DNA from: Phoronis australis
Taxonomy: Eukaryota > Animalia > Phoronida
Direction of reading: 5' to 3'
Assembly (NCBI GenBank): GCA_002633005.1
Contig: NMRA01000026.1
Coordinates: forward strand, 907,432-971,431
DNA: 64,000 nt
Position 1 is the stretch's first letter. Every line of letters begins with the position of its first letter. The notes under the pieces are model-generated. The model saw nothing but the letters and a program-made list of their open reading frames with translations, ran no database searches and was not told the DNA's origin. Shown here piece after piece: positions 35,901 to 50,900 of this stretch. The position numbers were made by a program, and so were the translations under genes.

Positions 35901-38900
35901 AGCAATCACCCCACTATGAGTGACCAACTTCAAGCCCAACAAGTATCAATACTCACGTCATCCCCAACAGTCTTTGACTCCAGAGCTTTACTGATTCTAC
36001 AGCCCAGTACCGGTGTGACTGGCTCATCAGACAAAGCAATACTTTCCAGCTTGTTAAACATGTGCGACTCTGTACCTCCCATCCACAGCTTGGTAACACG
36101 GTCTCTAAAGACAAGAAATGAGGACGTGTCACTGGCACTAAAAAGGCGCTTTCCACTTGAAGCACTCGTGAAAGCACAAGGAATCAATCAATAAATGAGC
36201 AGACATCAGAAAATCTCAAAAAATTGATGTTGGCAAGTCATAGCAAAAAATGGACAACATAATCTTCGTAGCGTTCGACAAGATCTATCTATCTACACAC
36301 TAATTTTCGAAACAATCCCTCGAGGGACCATGGAGCTACAACTTTTCACGAGTTACATGTTGGGTGTAAATCTTATGTCAATAGGACAAGAATCACGACC
36401 AGTAATGTGCCTGCTCACAAAAATCCACGACTGAGCAACACACTGGATAAAACTGTAATGAAACCATCAAGCAAATAAAGAATGATAGCCTACCCTTGCC
36501 CAACCGTCTTGCGTACACCCTTAGTGGCTTCATACATGACTCTGGCTTTCTTCTTAGCTTCAGCTTGAGATAATCGATGATTGAATTGCAACAGTAATTT
36601 CTCCGCAAACAAACGGCCAGCACCATATATTCGACCATAATTAAACACCTGTAACAATCAACAGAGTCAATATTAATAAAGACTCATTGCTATACCCATG
36701 AAAACCCTAAATACATGGCTACATAATAAACTAGTGAATTTTAGGATAGACTACCCGTAATCTGAAACTTGTAAGAAGAAACAGAAATCTTCACTGCCTT
36801 TAATTAGAGACAAGTCAATTGTATTTTCCTTTCGAGAACACTATTAATTACTCAATTTCTCACGATTTGATCCTAAATTCAAAAAAATCCATTTTAGGTT
36901 TTTAAATTAAGAAAGGTTCATCACTAGCATATTACATTTTGATACTTCTGTGTGTTTGGTTTCAGAAATTTTCAACAAACAGCATGTGGATCTCATTAAT
37001 TGTCATTAGTCAGAGACGAGAGTGACTATTAAACATGCCCTAGATAATATGAAACATATTTTCAGGTCACCTGAACTTAAAACACAGATAAAAGACACTA
37101 AAAGGACAAACTTTCACCTTTCTGACATCAAAAGAGGACTCTTCTCAAGAAAACGTTTCATAATTTAGCCACCATTCTAGGCAACGACTTCTCAACTGTT
37201 TCAAAATGACAGACAAGACCAAGGATGTCCACACATTAGTTTAATGTTTGGAATTGAAGCCAAAAACAAACTTAAAATAAAACAACTAACCACTAAAACA
37301 CAGATCTCAATACTAGTTTCATATCAAGGACAGGTGTGCAGAAGGATGGAAAACACATTGTTGCTTGGAACTGAACTCAATAGTTGACCTCCCGTTGATC
37401 ACTATTCAGTTTTATGCCCAAGAAGCAATAGCATCATTTACAACTCAAGGTTTTCGACTGGAACATTAGGTGGCTTTTTGTTGCCATAACTAAATTCTAG
37501 CACATGAACAAGATCAGCAGTGCAAGTGGCCTCACTAGATGGAGCTGCCACCATGTTCGGTAGCTAAAAGAAAATTGTACCCAGGCACATAATGCAACAA
37601 CATCATAAGCACAAGTGAGTGCTGCCAGTAGATGGAGCTGCTACTGTGTTCTGTGGCTTTAAGAAAATCCTACCCACACCATGCAACAACTACAAAAGCA
37701 CAATTGGCCACTGTCGATAGATGGGGCTGCAACTATGTTCTGTGGCTTTAAAAAAATCCTACCCACACAATGCAACAACTACATATTAAGCAAAAGTGAC
37801 CTCAATAGAAGGCGTCACTGCAAAATCACACTATGTTATCTATGAGCTATACCAGCACATGCTAAAAGTAAAGAAATACGAGTGGCCTCACCTTAGCATT
37901 GTCCCTGCTTATTCCCACCATGGCTGCAGTCTTACTGTGTAGGTCAGTGCCAGCACTCTTTTTACCCTGCAGAGTCATCCAGCCAAAGGCTGTACTGCCT
38001 TGAACGACCAAGGTTGTACAGTTCAATTAACTATTATGACGGAACACAGTGATCCAACTTCTAATCATTATCAAAAAGATACCAAAAACGAGTCAAAGCT
38101 TTCATCAAGTATTCAGCACATGAAACAGCAAAATGTGAAATTTCGTAATGCTGCAGATCTTTTGAAGCCTGACAACTTCTACAGACATGATAAACATGGT
38201 TTTAAGAAGATAATGCTAAATCTGTTCCAATTTATCTTACATTTAAACAGTTGTCTAAGTTAAACTACTATGGACTAACAATTCAACAGGCCTTGATCAG
38301 CAGAGGCCTACCATGCATGCCACCAAAGTACGAGTCACCCAAGATGGCTGCTATCCACAGTTCTTGTGAATCCACGTCTGCTCCGATAAAATGATAGCCA
38401 GGTGGTGCTTGAACCATAGCTTTCAACTCACTCCCGACTCGATCTTCCTGTTGAAAAGAATCATGAGAATGAAAACAGTGTTCATCTACCAAATCATGCT
38501 CAATGCTTCTATAAATAAAATTCTCATCTCAACTTCAAAAAGTCAAGCTCCAGCGTTCTGAGAAAAATAGACCCTTATGGAGATACATTTCAGATGAAAG
38601 AGAACTTGAAATTCACATCGTGATGGTAGTGAAAGAGAAGTGCTTGCGGTAAAAACACCAGCATTCAGGTCATGTGGGATGTTTATCGCACAAATGCCCC
38701 CATGCTGTGACCAGCTTCATATTTTCTCAGTAATCAGATGAACAACCTTTGCTCATTAGCATCACCTCGCAATGGCAATACATTAGGCGCAAAAGAATCT
38801 ACAAGCAAACTACACAGTAGATGCTCTCATCAAAAATGTCCAAAACACACACTTCATGGTTGCCTAAAAATAATGCATTTTTCAAAAATACATCTTCCAT

Positions 38901-41900
38901 ACAATTGACAGATTGAAACAACCATCAGGTCAGGATTCTTATTAAACAATTTTCATCGTAAGTCAAGTGACTGTGATCATACATAAGCATTACTGGCAGT
39001 CAGCCATGTTGGTTCAACAGCTCGTCGAGTTACCGTCCCGGCACTGACCACTCGAGGAATTATAGCACCATAGAAACCATTCACGTCGTAATCAGGACTC
39101 CTGCAAACAAATAAATATGATTGCAAGTAGTCTCAATCAAACAGCAATAACGTTTTGTCAATGGCATACTTTCAGTTGTACTGTTAATGTGCCTCATGGC
39201 TTTAATTACTTATACTTTATAGTTATCTTGCTGGTTTGCACATAATAAAACTCTTAAAGGACAGTTTTTACAAGATCAAGAATTGCTTCTCAGCTTGAGA
39301 CCAATTTTGTAGCGGTAACAAGGCCTAAATCCTTTTTCTTTAACGGAATGTGGATTTGTTGTTACCTTGAACTCGAAGCCTAAACATTTCTGTCAAGGAA
39401 ATTTATACCCCATGTTTTCCGTCGATATTTTCATTTAAGTCATTCTAAACTGAACAAAGTTCCATAAACTCGCCAGTATCCACAGACGGAAAGGGCGAGG
39501 AGTGAGGCAGAGGCAAAGGAAGAGAAGAAAAGAGTTAGGGAGAGAATAATTTTACTTTCAAATCACACAGAACAAACATGTTACATGATTGGGTGGCACA
39601 GGGCGCTAAAAGTTATAACCACTGATATCATTGAATACATCACTATGCTATAATCTCAATCAATCGGAGAAAAATAACTGTCAAAATTGTTCTAAATTTT
39701 TTTTTCGTTCTTCAAAGGCATCTAACATTTGTATGAATACCGGCAATTTTTCAGAATCATTGTCTTATTGTAGCTATGGTATAACCTTTAAAAATGACAA
39801 GATAGTGTGTATTTGGTGCTACGTATCTTATGAAAAACTGAAACAACAATTTCACTTGTCGGCCATATTGTGTCCTACGAATTGCTGAGATTTTACCGTA
39901 ATTAGTCCATCTACGTACTGTGTAACAGCAGGAGGCAGATGACTCTTGTCCAGCTGTATCACCATCTGATTGACGATCCTCTCGCGGGCGTTCTTCCAAT
40001 AGGAGCACATCTTACTTAGTTGCAATGTCTCCTTTGCCTGCAGACCACCGTAGGCCACTAGGGTGCCATCTTCCAGTTTACTCAGGTAGTCCTTGGCCAG
40101 CGGGTTACCCACCCTCTTACCAGCACCATCCTGTAGGCAAATGAACATTATTTTATTTAACACAATGATGGAATAAGCTGTTTGTCGATGCTTGTATTAG
40201 CCACAGGGGTCCCGCATTTTGATAACCAGTTTTCTCCACTGAATAACAGGTGTCATAGCTGGTTCTCAAAAAGCAAAAAAACAAGACCCCCGTAAGTGAC
40301 TATTGCCTCACTGCCTATAGTATCAGTAACACACACTAACTTAAAAGGCAGTGCATCGTCTTATTAAAGCCACATACAACCCCAATGAAGAACTTGAAAT
40401 TCACTCTGTTGTGCAAGCAGAAATCCATACTGTCATTCAGGTCAAATGGGGCCCTCATCCCAAGAATGGCTCATGCTGGTAAGCTGTTCTCAGCCTATTC
40501 AAATGATAAGAAAAGGCCATTTCATACATCCTTAGCACCACAAATGAACATCAATCAAATCAAATTTTCCAATATTAGACACTTTGTGTAGAATAATTCA
40601 AGTTTGTGACAGTGACTTAACACACCGAAGAAGTAGACAGTGAAACCCATTGATCCATAATGATAATGAAGGATAATAGTTAAATCAGTCACAGACTATT
40701 TTACCATGTACAGAATCTCAACAAACAAAATTAGACATTTTTTTAAAGATGGCACTATATGTGGGTTTAATATGTTTTAACCTTTGGCAGAACATCTTTA
40801 TCACGTTATTCAACAGCCCGAAAGAAGAGCTTGACATAATTATTTGTTGTTTAGATTTTTCTAAGCATTTTTTTCGCATACCATGAGGTTACAGGTAATG
40901 CCATAACACAGACAAATCAGGTTTCTATTTGAACAAAGATAAAAAATCGGACAAATTGAGCTGAATTACGTTTTTGCCTCCTAACACAATCTTGCTTTTT
41001 GTTAATTCAGAAACAACTTGCTTAAGTTGCACACAAAGGCAAAAATATCCAGTGTGGCACGGGAAAATTAATTATTTTGTTCAACGTACAAATTTATACT
41101 CTACCAAATATTCACAAAAGGCAATACTGGCAGTCCAAACTTCAAGTGCTATGATCACTATGATTTTAACACTAAGGAGACGCATGGTAAGGTTACGTCA
41201 GCAGCTGTTTCCTAAGAACTTAATGAACAGCCAAGTCTATTTTCACACTCCATGGACACAAAACGTACTTTCTGATATTTGAGAAATATAATGAATTATT
41301 ACTTACATCACCCATGTCACAATCTTTAGGATCGAGAAAATTTAATTTCAGCTTGAATTTTAGAAACTGTCCCAAACTGAAAGTTTTGCTGATTTATTCA
41401 ATTTGCTGTGCATGTTCTCATCCTTACATCAAAGAAATAAGCTTAGCAGTCATTTATCTTATCAGGAAAGCCAGAAAAAACCTGCAGGCTTTTCAAACAT
41501 GGCTCAAAATTAGAAAAAGGCTCAGTGGCATGTTTGAATGCGTACACTTTTAGTAATAAACACATGCCAGGCATTTATGAGATGACCTCTGCAGGGTAGA
41601 TGACTTACTTTGTGTGGAATCTTGAAAAACCAACATCCTGGAATGTCAACGTCATCATAAGGTCCGTCGCCTGTATGATAACAGGTACCTGGACTCTTCT
41701 GACCAGTCATTCTCTATAACGACAAGAATTAGTGCAGAACAGGCAGTACTAACTTGAGGTTGAGTGTATCTATGACATTGGACATCATCAAGCAAAAGAA
41801 AACGAGTATGGAGTTGATGGGTCCACCACCTTGGATGCAATTTTGGCAAGTTGTAAGAAATGCTGCTACGCGGGAAAAGAAAATTTTGTTTCGTTTCTTT

Positions 41901-44900
41901 ATGATTTTCTCGTACTTGTCTGTACAACAATTCCTGAGCTCTTTGCTCCAGTATACATTGAGTGTCATTCTGCGCCGGTATAATTATTTCTGACTAAGTA
42001 AAAATTGGTAGTCTTCATACACGCCACATGTTGTACACGCCACATGACCTGAGATCTCTGCCCAAGCAAGGCTCAAACGCGGGACTTTTTATAGCTGTGC
42101 AAAATGCTCTTGTCCACTGAGCTATCGGGACCACTGGCCAATTACAGGAATCCAAACAGACTAAACAGAAAGCATCTCACCTCTGAAACACAGGTAAGAA
42201 CCTGCTTCACATATTGAAACCAAAAAATAATACATTGGACTATTTTCCTAAGACAGGATAATTTCACAAGAAAATTTGATTTGAATTATCTAAAAATGTT
42301 CCTGAAAAGAAAACATGATTTATAAGTGACGCTTCATACACTCCCTAATTACTGGTATGCCACATGATGATAACATAAGGTCATGGAATTCAAAAGTAAC
42401 ACGAGTGGGTACTGTGTTAAGGACTCACCACCAATAACTGAACATTCATTGCATGATCTGGTCCCTACAGCGAGGAGCTTAAAAGTTAGAAAGGCTACTA
42501 TAACAATGTACTTGGCATGACTAGAATAGCTAGCAATGGATACAAAAAAGTACGATACATGTTAGAGGGCAGTATCACTAAACTTGTTTTGCTCTGACTC
42601 TGTCAGTTGTGAGCATTCTATACTTGCGGACTTTACTAAAGTTTTAAAATAGATTTAGACACTGAGATGTAGTTAAACCGTGATAATTTCAGACTATTTT
42701 TACCAGCAAATACCGACTTGGTCTTTCATACAACATTTTTAATCAAAAGCTTCCCGAGGTGGTCGTCAGTAATGCTAAATATTGTATGAAATTGCTGGAT
42801 CGTTTCGCCAACATGTACCTTCAGGACCAGTGTACCCTGACCCCTGGTGATTACCTTCTTCGAGTGACTCTTGCCACGTGCAACTATGCTCCACAGTCGT
42901 TTTGACTCCTGTGGGTTGAGACCCAGTTGTTCAGCCTTCTCCAACAGATCTGCCTGTTCACGCGCGTCACGCTGCTGTTGTGCGGGGTCACCTGGAATGA
43001 GGTGCTGGCATATGGCTAGAGCTTTCCTGAAACAAAAAGTGACAAATGGCTAGAGTTAGGGTTTGACAGGTAAAGCTGTGAATGGTGGATGGCTGAACAT
43101 TGGACAGAGGTGATAATGGCAATGCACCGGCACAGACATTCTCTATGTGTGAGCGCAAAAGATAAACGGTTATGGATGTTCTGAAGCAGCAACATGACAA
43201 AAAGGCAGTCAGAGATTTTGTCAAACAGTAAGAACACAAATGTCTAAAACAGGAGGCTGACGAACAGTTTCAGCTTTCCAAAAGCATAAGCAAGATGGCA
43301 AATGGCAACAGCTTAAACAAGATTTGACAAACATTTCATAGTTTCAATAGACTGCTGGGATCTTAATCGATTTACTCAAAATTAAACTTGAAATTATTTT
43401 TTTGTCATTTTCCACTCTACTTTTTTGCAAATGCAAGATAAGTGTCTATTATTCTGTGCTCAAGTACATTATCATAGTTTATGCAAATGAGATTCTAGTC
43501 CATATTTGTACTTGATGACCACTAGATTTGAGTTAAAAACCAGGATTAGGAAGTTATCCACTAAAGCCGTTATGTACTCATGCATGGACTAATAGACACT
43601 TGTCCTGAGTTCGCAAAAAAGTAAAATTAGAAAATGACAAACGATTAACAAGTTCCATCTTGAGTAAAAAGATTGGACTCCGGACCCAAGTGGCGCAGTC
43701 TATTAACACCCCTATGCAGTAGCAACCCAGCTAGCCTACACATGACAGAAGATGTACTTACTCATAAGGGAACTTTGGTTCGTCGCTAGGCTCATTCGTG
43801 CCCAGATTGTCCAGCCTGCCTGGTACCAGGTAACCCCAGCCATGCGTGTCATCCCAGTGAAGGGGGAAACCATCCCAGGTCAATCTCAGCAGCTTAGCAG
43901 CTATCCGCGTCTAGCAAACAGTGTCACAAGATAATTCATCAATTCACAATTAAGAACTTTTGTGAGATAAGAAGCGAGATGGCCTCTTGTCCCACTTCCC
44001 GTGGTTGTCATGGTTGTAATTTGATACTGAACAGTGGCAATTCGACTGAGGTTTTCAAGACCTCATGCTGGTGCATGCCACGTGCAGGGCTATAGACCTT
44101 ATGCAAGGTCATGAAAGAATATGGAAACTGTGTCGTACTTTTCAAGTTTGGAAACCCGCAAGTGGTCTTATATAATGATGATATTATGATTTACCCAGCT
44201 TTAAAATAGATACAAAAATTACAAATGTTTGTACTGAGATCACTGGAGAATTTAAAGCATCGTTTCAGCAGACACTGCCAACTTTTGCAAACTTCTGCGA
44301 CACCTATTGGTATGTGTTGGTCTTCAGAAATGGGATCACATTTTCCTCATTTACAAAGTTTCCCGCTATTACCCAAGATTGACACATGCCAATAGCTGTC
44401 AAATATGCTTGAAAAAGCTGGCAGCATCTGGTAAAATGCTGCTTTAAATTCGCAACTAAGTACAGTAAAGATTAATAAATTTCTCTGTATGTGCAAGCGG
44501 TCTGTTAACCTTTTCACCTGAAGATGAAAACTGACGCGTACGATAACCAAAGCAAAGACTTCTGGGACATCCAGCTAGCCTGCAACCTAGCAACTAGATA
44601 TGTTTCATCTGCTTTGATAGCATTATATCCCACAATCCAATGCGCAAGTGATGTTCCCTATGTCCTTAAAGTCAACAAGCATTTGAAACATGGCATTGCA
44701 TAATTTTATAAAATCAAAAAATCCTTTTTTGAGACACTGAAATGTTCTAAAGATAAAATTTTCACAAGTTCTGATTTCAGACACGTCAATTTCTTGGATA
44801 TCTTTTGCGTAATTTTGGATCCTTTTGACTCAATTAAAACAGTGAGCAAATGCAGGCGCAGGCTGCGCATGTTGGCCCATTGCATTGATACCGAGACTTG

Positions 44901-47900
44901 ACTGAAGGACCTAGCAATATGTCCCGGTGGGACTCGAACCCACGACCTTGAGTAAAGGAAGCAAACACTTATCCCACAAGGCCACACTGCTTCCTCATAC
45001 AGCAGAGTAAGATGAACTGATGATGGACTTCACTTTTTGCAAACAAATGCAAAGCTTGTCAAGACAAACCCTATTTTATTTACAATCTCATAACACAAGA
45101 AAAAATCTCTGGAAAAGCTACAATGACCAATACCTGTGTGCTAATTAAGGACGGCCCAGGTGACCAATTGACATCTGACAACTTAGGACTGATGGCTCTG
45201 TACCAGCTGAAATATAATGTTACAGAGTCAGCAAGGGACGGTACAAACTCAACTTTTAAGTTGCTTATAAGCAAATATGTTGAGTTAAGAACAGCCACTT
45301 TCAGCTTAAGAATATTATAAATATCTCATGTAGAAGGTGGACTCCAGATGGCAGCAGTTTCCAAATCCAGATATCAAAATGACTCCAGTCCATGGATAAC
45401 CGTTGCCACACATTTTGGTTCAGAGCCACAGCTTGCATGCTAATTATCAACCAAGGTTCAAATAGTTACAGAATCCCAATTTAATTAAGAGTATTGTTGC
45501 TATGAGGTCATGGTTAATGCAGCATTAGCTCTGCTCCACACAAAACTTTGATCAGAGTTCATGATATTGCAGTTCTTATAATTATACAAATCTATTCATG
45601 AAGTACAAGGTGTTGTGAAATGGGTCAAGAATCCATTAAAACCAAAATTCCAAACAACAATTTAATTGAATATGTCCAGATTTATAAAATTAAAATTTTG
45701 TTCTACTACTATTTTGTTATTCATATATAGATGTTGTTTATTATTTATTGTTTTATCATCAGCGAATATCGTCTTGAGTACTAACCTTTTGTCTTGCTCA
45801 GGTAACAATACAATGCACCTGAGATACGATGGACTAAGGAATTTATTTCCTGAACTGACAACTGTATGTTTGTTAAAGCCTCGCACAGCACAATGAAAAC
45901 CATAGCAACTCATTCAAGTTTTGTAAACGATAAAGTCACCGACCGAGCAGATATCAGAATCTAGGACTGCTTCAACAGGAACATGATTTATTGCACTTTG
46001 ATGTTAGCGATTTCGGCTTGACCCAGCAAAAGCTGTGTCGGACTTCAAGGGACGGACGACCAAAGAGAAACTTGTAAGTCAACTATCACAGCCACGAAGT
46101 CTTTAAAATGACATGTGACCGAAGTAAGAGCACAATTATAACTTTTAATTAGTATGACCAATGGGTACAAATGCCCAACAGGTACACCCATTTACACATG
46201 CCCAATGGGTACACACACTCCCAAATGCTCGAGGAGTACACACGCTTACATATGCCCGAGGGCTACAATACACTTACGCTGGGTAGCCTATTAAGTGTTG
46301 CACTCTTTTGGGAAGTCGGTCTTTGGTTTGCAGAGCATTCACCACAACAGCGTCTAGTTTTGGTTCATCTTCATCTTCAATTAGCTTAATTAGCAAAAAC
46401 TGAATTTAATTTACAATGCTCGATAAAGATCATTTAGCAATGAATATTTTAACTGATAGCACTGGATATCATAATCAAGAACAAGTTGTGTAGATTTTTC
46501 ACTTCAGTTACTGTTAACCTGACCTGTGCTCCACAAACACAACAAACTTGTAAGAACTTGTAACGAGATATCGCCATGCAAATCAAGCGAAAAACATGTG
46601 ATCAAATTACTTGTGAAATGCTTGCATCTACGACTGCAATTCTAGTTTGCACCACACATAAGTCGTAAATTAGCCTTGCATCTTGTGTAAATGTTCAGCA
46701 TTTGCGATCCAACAGAAAGGTGTTGAGTAAATATAAGTAAAATCATTTGGGTTCATAAGGTAAGGATCAACATCTGCCTACATTTCTTTCACAATCGCAC
46801 CAAAATACAAACCATACTTCGCTGTTTCCACTCTCTATCTGTGAAGATTGCTGATCTGTTGGAGACGGTTATGCCAGAACAAAAAAGACTCTTAAGGGAC
46901 TGACAGAAGAAAAATTCCTATAAAACTCTTGAATGTGGCAAACGAAAAGGTCATTTAATGAAATACAATTTTGAAATTTGCGATAAAAAGACAAGCAAAA
47001 CCTCCGCCCCAAATACTCACCACATGCTGATCCTGTGATTGATCATTACCCTGTGGAATATTGCTTTTGGCCGACTTATTCAACTTGAATGTTTGAGTTT
47101 TCCAGTCCTCATTCCATAACCAGGGGTCGTCCAAATACCTGCGGAAAACAGTCGGACACTGTGACAATTTCATAATGTGCGTGCACTGTTGAGTTTTTGC
47201 ATCCTATAGCCACAGTGGATACGTAAACCAATCATAGCACAGTAAAATTTATCAAATTTCGGACAAAAACCATCGCCCAATATGACCTTTTTACATTTTT
47301 CAAAGAATTTTAAGTTCAACATTGATGTGAATGATCGTGATTTTTCAATAATTTTAGCTGTTGAACGGAACTTGGAGATCGAGTCAATCGTCTAATTTTG
47401 TGCAGACATATTTATGAAAAAAACTGACAAAATAAACTTTCGCTCATCAGACATATTGTGTCATCAAATGGTGAGATTTTACCAGTAACTATAATAGAAT
47501 ACGTCTGTTCGTACCCACGGTAATACATGCACTGCTTGTATAAGCTAATGTTAAAACCATCATCCACCAAGCATGCACAAGACTGTGCCAACGCAGTTGT
47601 TCATACATCACATGCTCAACTCATGTGACTATTGTCTTGAGACATACAAGGTTAGCGAAAGGCAAGTGTACAGCTTATGAAATATTTTACAGCATAATTC
47701 AAGGCAAGTTAACATATCTATTTACCAAGCATTGCACTATGGTAAGAGTGGAATAAGATAGCCGGCATTTTTGGTTGTGAAAACTTTAAGTTTTGACCTC
47801 CAAGAATGACTCCGTTAATTCTACATTCATTTTGCACAAAAAACAGACAAAACAATAATTTTTCTATTTCATGAGTTAAGGCTGATCATTTTGCTTCAAA

Positions 47901-50900
47901 TAATCAAAAAATTTACGACATTTTTATCATGAGAGTTGTATAGTACAAACTATGATTATTATTGAGATAGAAATTTGCATATTAACATAAAACACTTTCC
48001 ATTTTAAAAAGGGAATTTCCACTCATTCCCTTTTTGTGTCTGAAAAGTTGTAGATTTTTTCTGCGCCTGGATTTCAATCATTTTGGCTTAAAAATTGATA
48101 TATTCCACTGCATGTCAACCCTATGTTGTATCGTTATGTTGTTGATCAATTTGATGAAATGAAATTTGACTTAGGAGGCATATTGTGTGCCAAATAGTTA
48201 AAGAATTACCGTACAATCGCGTAAAAAAATCAACCACAATCAACGAATCAAACTCAGAGGTTAAACTAATCAAGCTGATTACATCCACAAACCTTTGATT
48301 GTGAATAAGATGACAGGCGTCATTAGCAAGTTTCATCAGTTGATGCTTCATTTCATGCTGGAGATCGTTGTAAGTTTCCTCAGCAGACGTGATGTATCTG
48401 TCCCAGTTAGAGTTGATTGGCAGATAGGCGGAGCCCATCTCCAACATTCCAGCCAAAGTGACAGGATGTGGGAAGCGGTGACAGAATATTGGCCACACCT
48501 TCTGGAACACTTTGTGCGTGGCTATGACATCACTGGCGCAGTAGGTCATCAAAGCCTGCAACGGCAACAGTTACATTGCCTTCCATGTCTTTTGAGCAGC
48601 AAAAAACTTGCCGAGGTGTATATGTCAGACTCACAATGTGTGTACACACAGCGGAACCACGCAAAAATAGTTCTTCACCTGTTTAGCACACAATATGGTG
48701 GACCTGTGGAATTTCATTCAGTTCAAAGGTTTCAGCAAAATGAAGATTAAAAAAAAAAATAATAATCAACAATTATTCATGGTTTGTACTGTGCAGATGT
48801 TATAAAACAATAAAGGGTAAATGTTCATTGCTCGCAGCAATGAGATGAGCCTTCAAGTAGCAATAAACGACACCATCCATCACAAAACACAACTTATCAG
48901 GTGACATTGGTCTCAAAATCGTTCCTTAGTCAAACTGAAGATGATTTCAGGATTTTGAAAAGATTGACAGACTCACTACTCAGGGCAGACTCGTTTTGTC
49001 ACGGCGTGTCATTTTATGTGTCAATCATGGTGCAAGGGAATAACAAACTGTCATTTCTTTGTAAACCCAAAAATGACATCTCATCTGAGTAAACAACACC
49101 TTAAGATCAATTTCATAGCGATAAGTGGCCTAAACTTAACTTTCAATTCTTGGAAGGAATGCAGGTTTATTGCGGCTTTAAGGATGAAGAATAGGAAAAC
49201 AAAACAAGCATCTTGACAATTATTCGTGCGCAAACTTTTTATTAATTAGTGTACTGCTTTGTTTGACTCACCTGAAAGTCCTGTCGTATTTCTGGCATTG
49301 TGCCCACAACAAACACGTTACGTTTCTGTTTCTCCAAAGGAGGCTCTTTAGTATACATTTGATAGACATCGTTGAGATTATTGAGAGTCCCGTTCTTCAT
49401 CCACAGTAAATTCTGAAAGGGCATTAGTGCACCATTTACACAAAGTATCATGGTGCTAATTACATAAGGCAGAACCTATTTTGACCGCGGTAAGGACTAA
49501 TATTAATTGAGGTAAGGCAGAAGCCATATTGAAACTTATTTGCCAATTTCACAAAAATCCTTTCATGAACTGCGACGATACATAGGCAAATGCAAAAAAA
49601 AAATTAATTTGCCCCTAGGGGGCACAGCGGAACTTGGATTAGTCATTATTATCCATCATTAGTTCCATAGGCACACATATGATAAATTACACAAAGTTCC
49701 TACAGAGGGTTAACCAGACACTGGCATAAGTGCAAAAAGTAAATTGCCATCAAAGGATGCCACAAAAAGTTATAACCATCGAAAATCAACGCAAGTTGTG
49801 GTCTTCACATGAGGAACATAATATCTGGAAATTTTCTTAAGTTATTCATTGAGTGGTTTGATTGACAGAGAGTTGGACACCATAAAATGGACTAAAAGTA
49901 ACAAAAATGGTCACTAGGAAACACAAAGTACGTCAAAACCGTCCGAAAATGGAGTGGCATCGTCGTCTCCTTAACATAAACCAAGTATGGTACTTGTCTA
50001 ATTTCATGAACATCCATCAAGGAACTCTGAAGCCGAAGACCCAGGCAAGTGTAAAAAACAAAATTGTCACAAGGGAGAACAGTAATCGTCCCATTGATCT
50101 GAAAGTCGTCGCCACCTGTAGCCATCTTCATAAAAACACATAATACAGAATCTGATTATGATCCTGCAAGGAGTTCACGAGATACAGCTGCGGAAGCCGG
50201 ACACAGGACAAACATGTGGAAGCATAACAATGAATCAGGAGCAGACTACTTCTGCAGCGCATTGTATACTCACCTGTAGTATGAGGGCACCCTCGGACGA
50301 AACGGCTTTGACAAAAGCACTGCACAGCAAAGGTAGTCCTAACCCCATGGAAGAGAGTAAATAACTCTACACACTAGAATCATGTAATGATCCCTTTCAA
50401 CATATCACTAACCGCGGACGCGCCAACTTACCGGTGGTCCACGAACGTGTTTCTGTTCGTAGTTTCTCACTTCCTGTCTTTGACTGTTGCTCTTCTTTGC
50501 ATTGTACAGGACGCGCTGGAAGCTGGTCAGACCCGACACAGCTATGTGCAGAGACATGGTGTCGAGGAAACGACACCGTGGGGTCTGAATGAAAGGGACA
50601 GCAACAGAATAAAAATAATTTCGTGTAGTTTTCCACAAGCTGGTGGTCAGAAGTATTCTCCAGCAAACTTCAGCAAGGGGACGACTACAACAAGTGTGTA
50701 CTGACATTTTCATTTTTTTGTACTTGTGAGACACAAATTCTGAAGAAACAAGACAGAGCAAAAGTCCTTAATAAAACTAAAAATCGATCTCAGGTCAGGG
50801 TAGTGATGCTACATGTGAACTTGGAATTTTATTTAATCTCAAGATCGTGTATGGGTGAACCTGGAACTGGAATATTCATTAAAGCAATCAGGCGAAATTT

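Noticed and set aside
42040-42140. tRNA-like sequence (A-box tagctcagtgg on the minus strand); similar pieces at about 15605 and 17560
   Set aside because: The B-box and stems are degenerate. These are SINE-type relics rather than tRNA genes.
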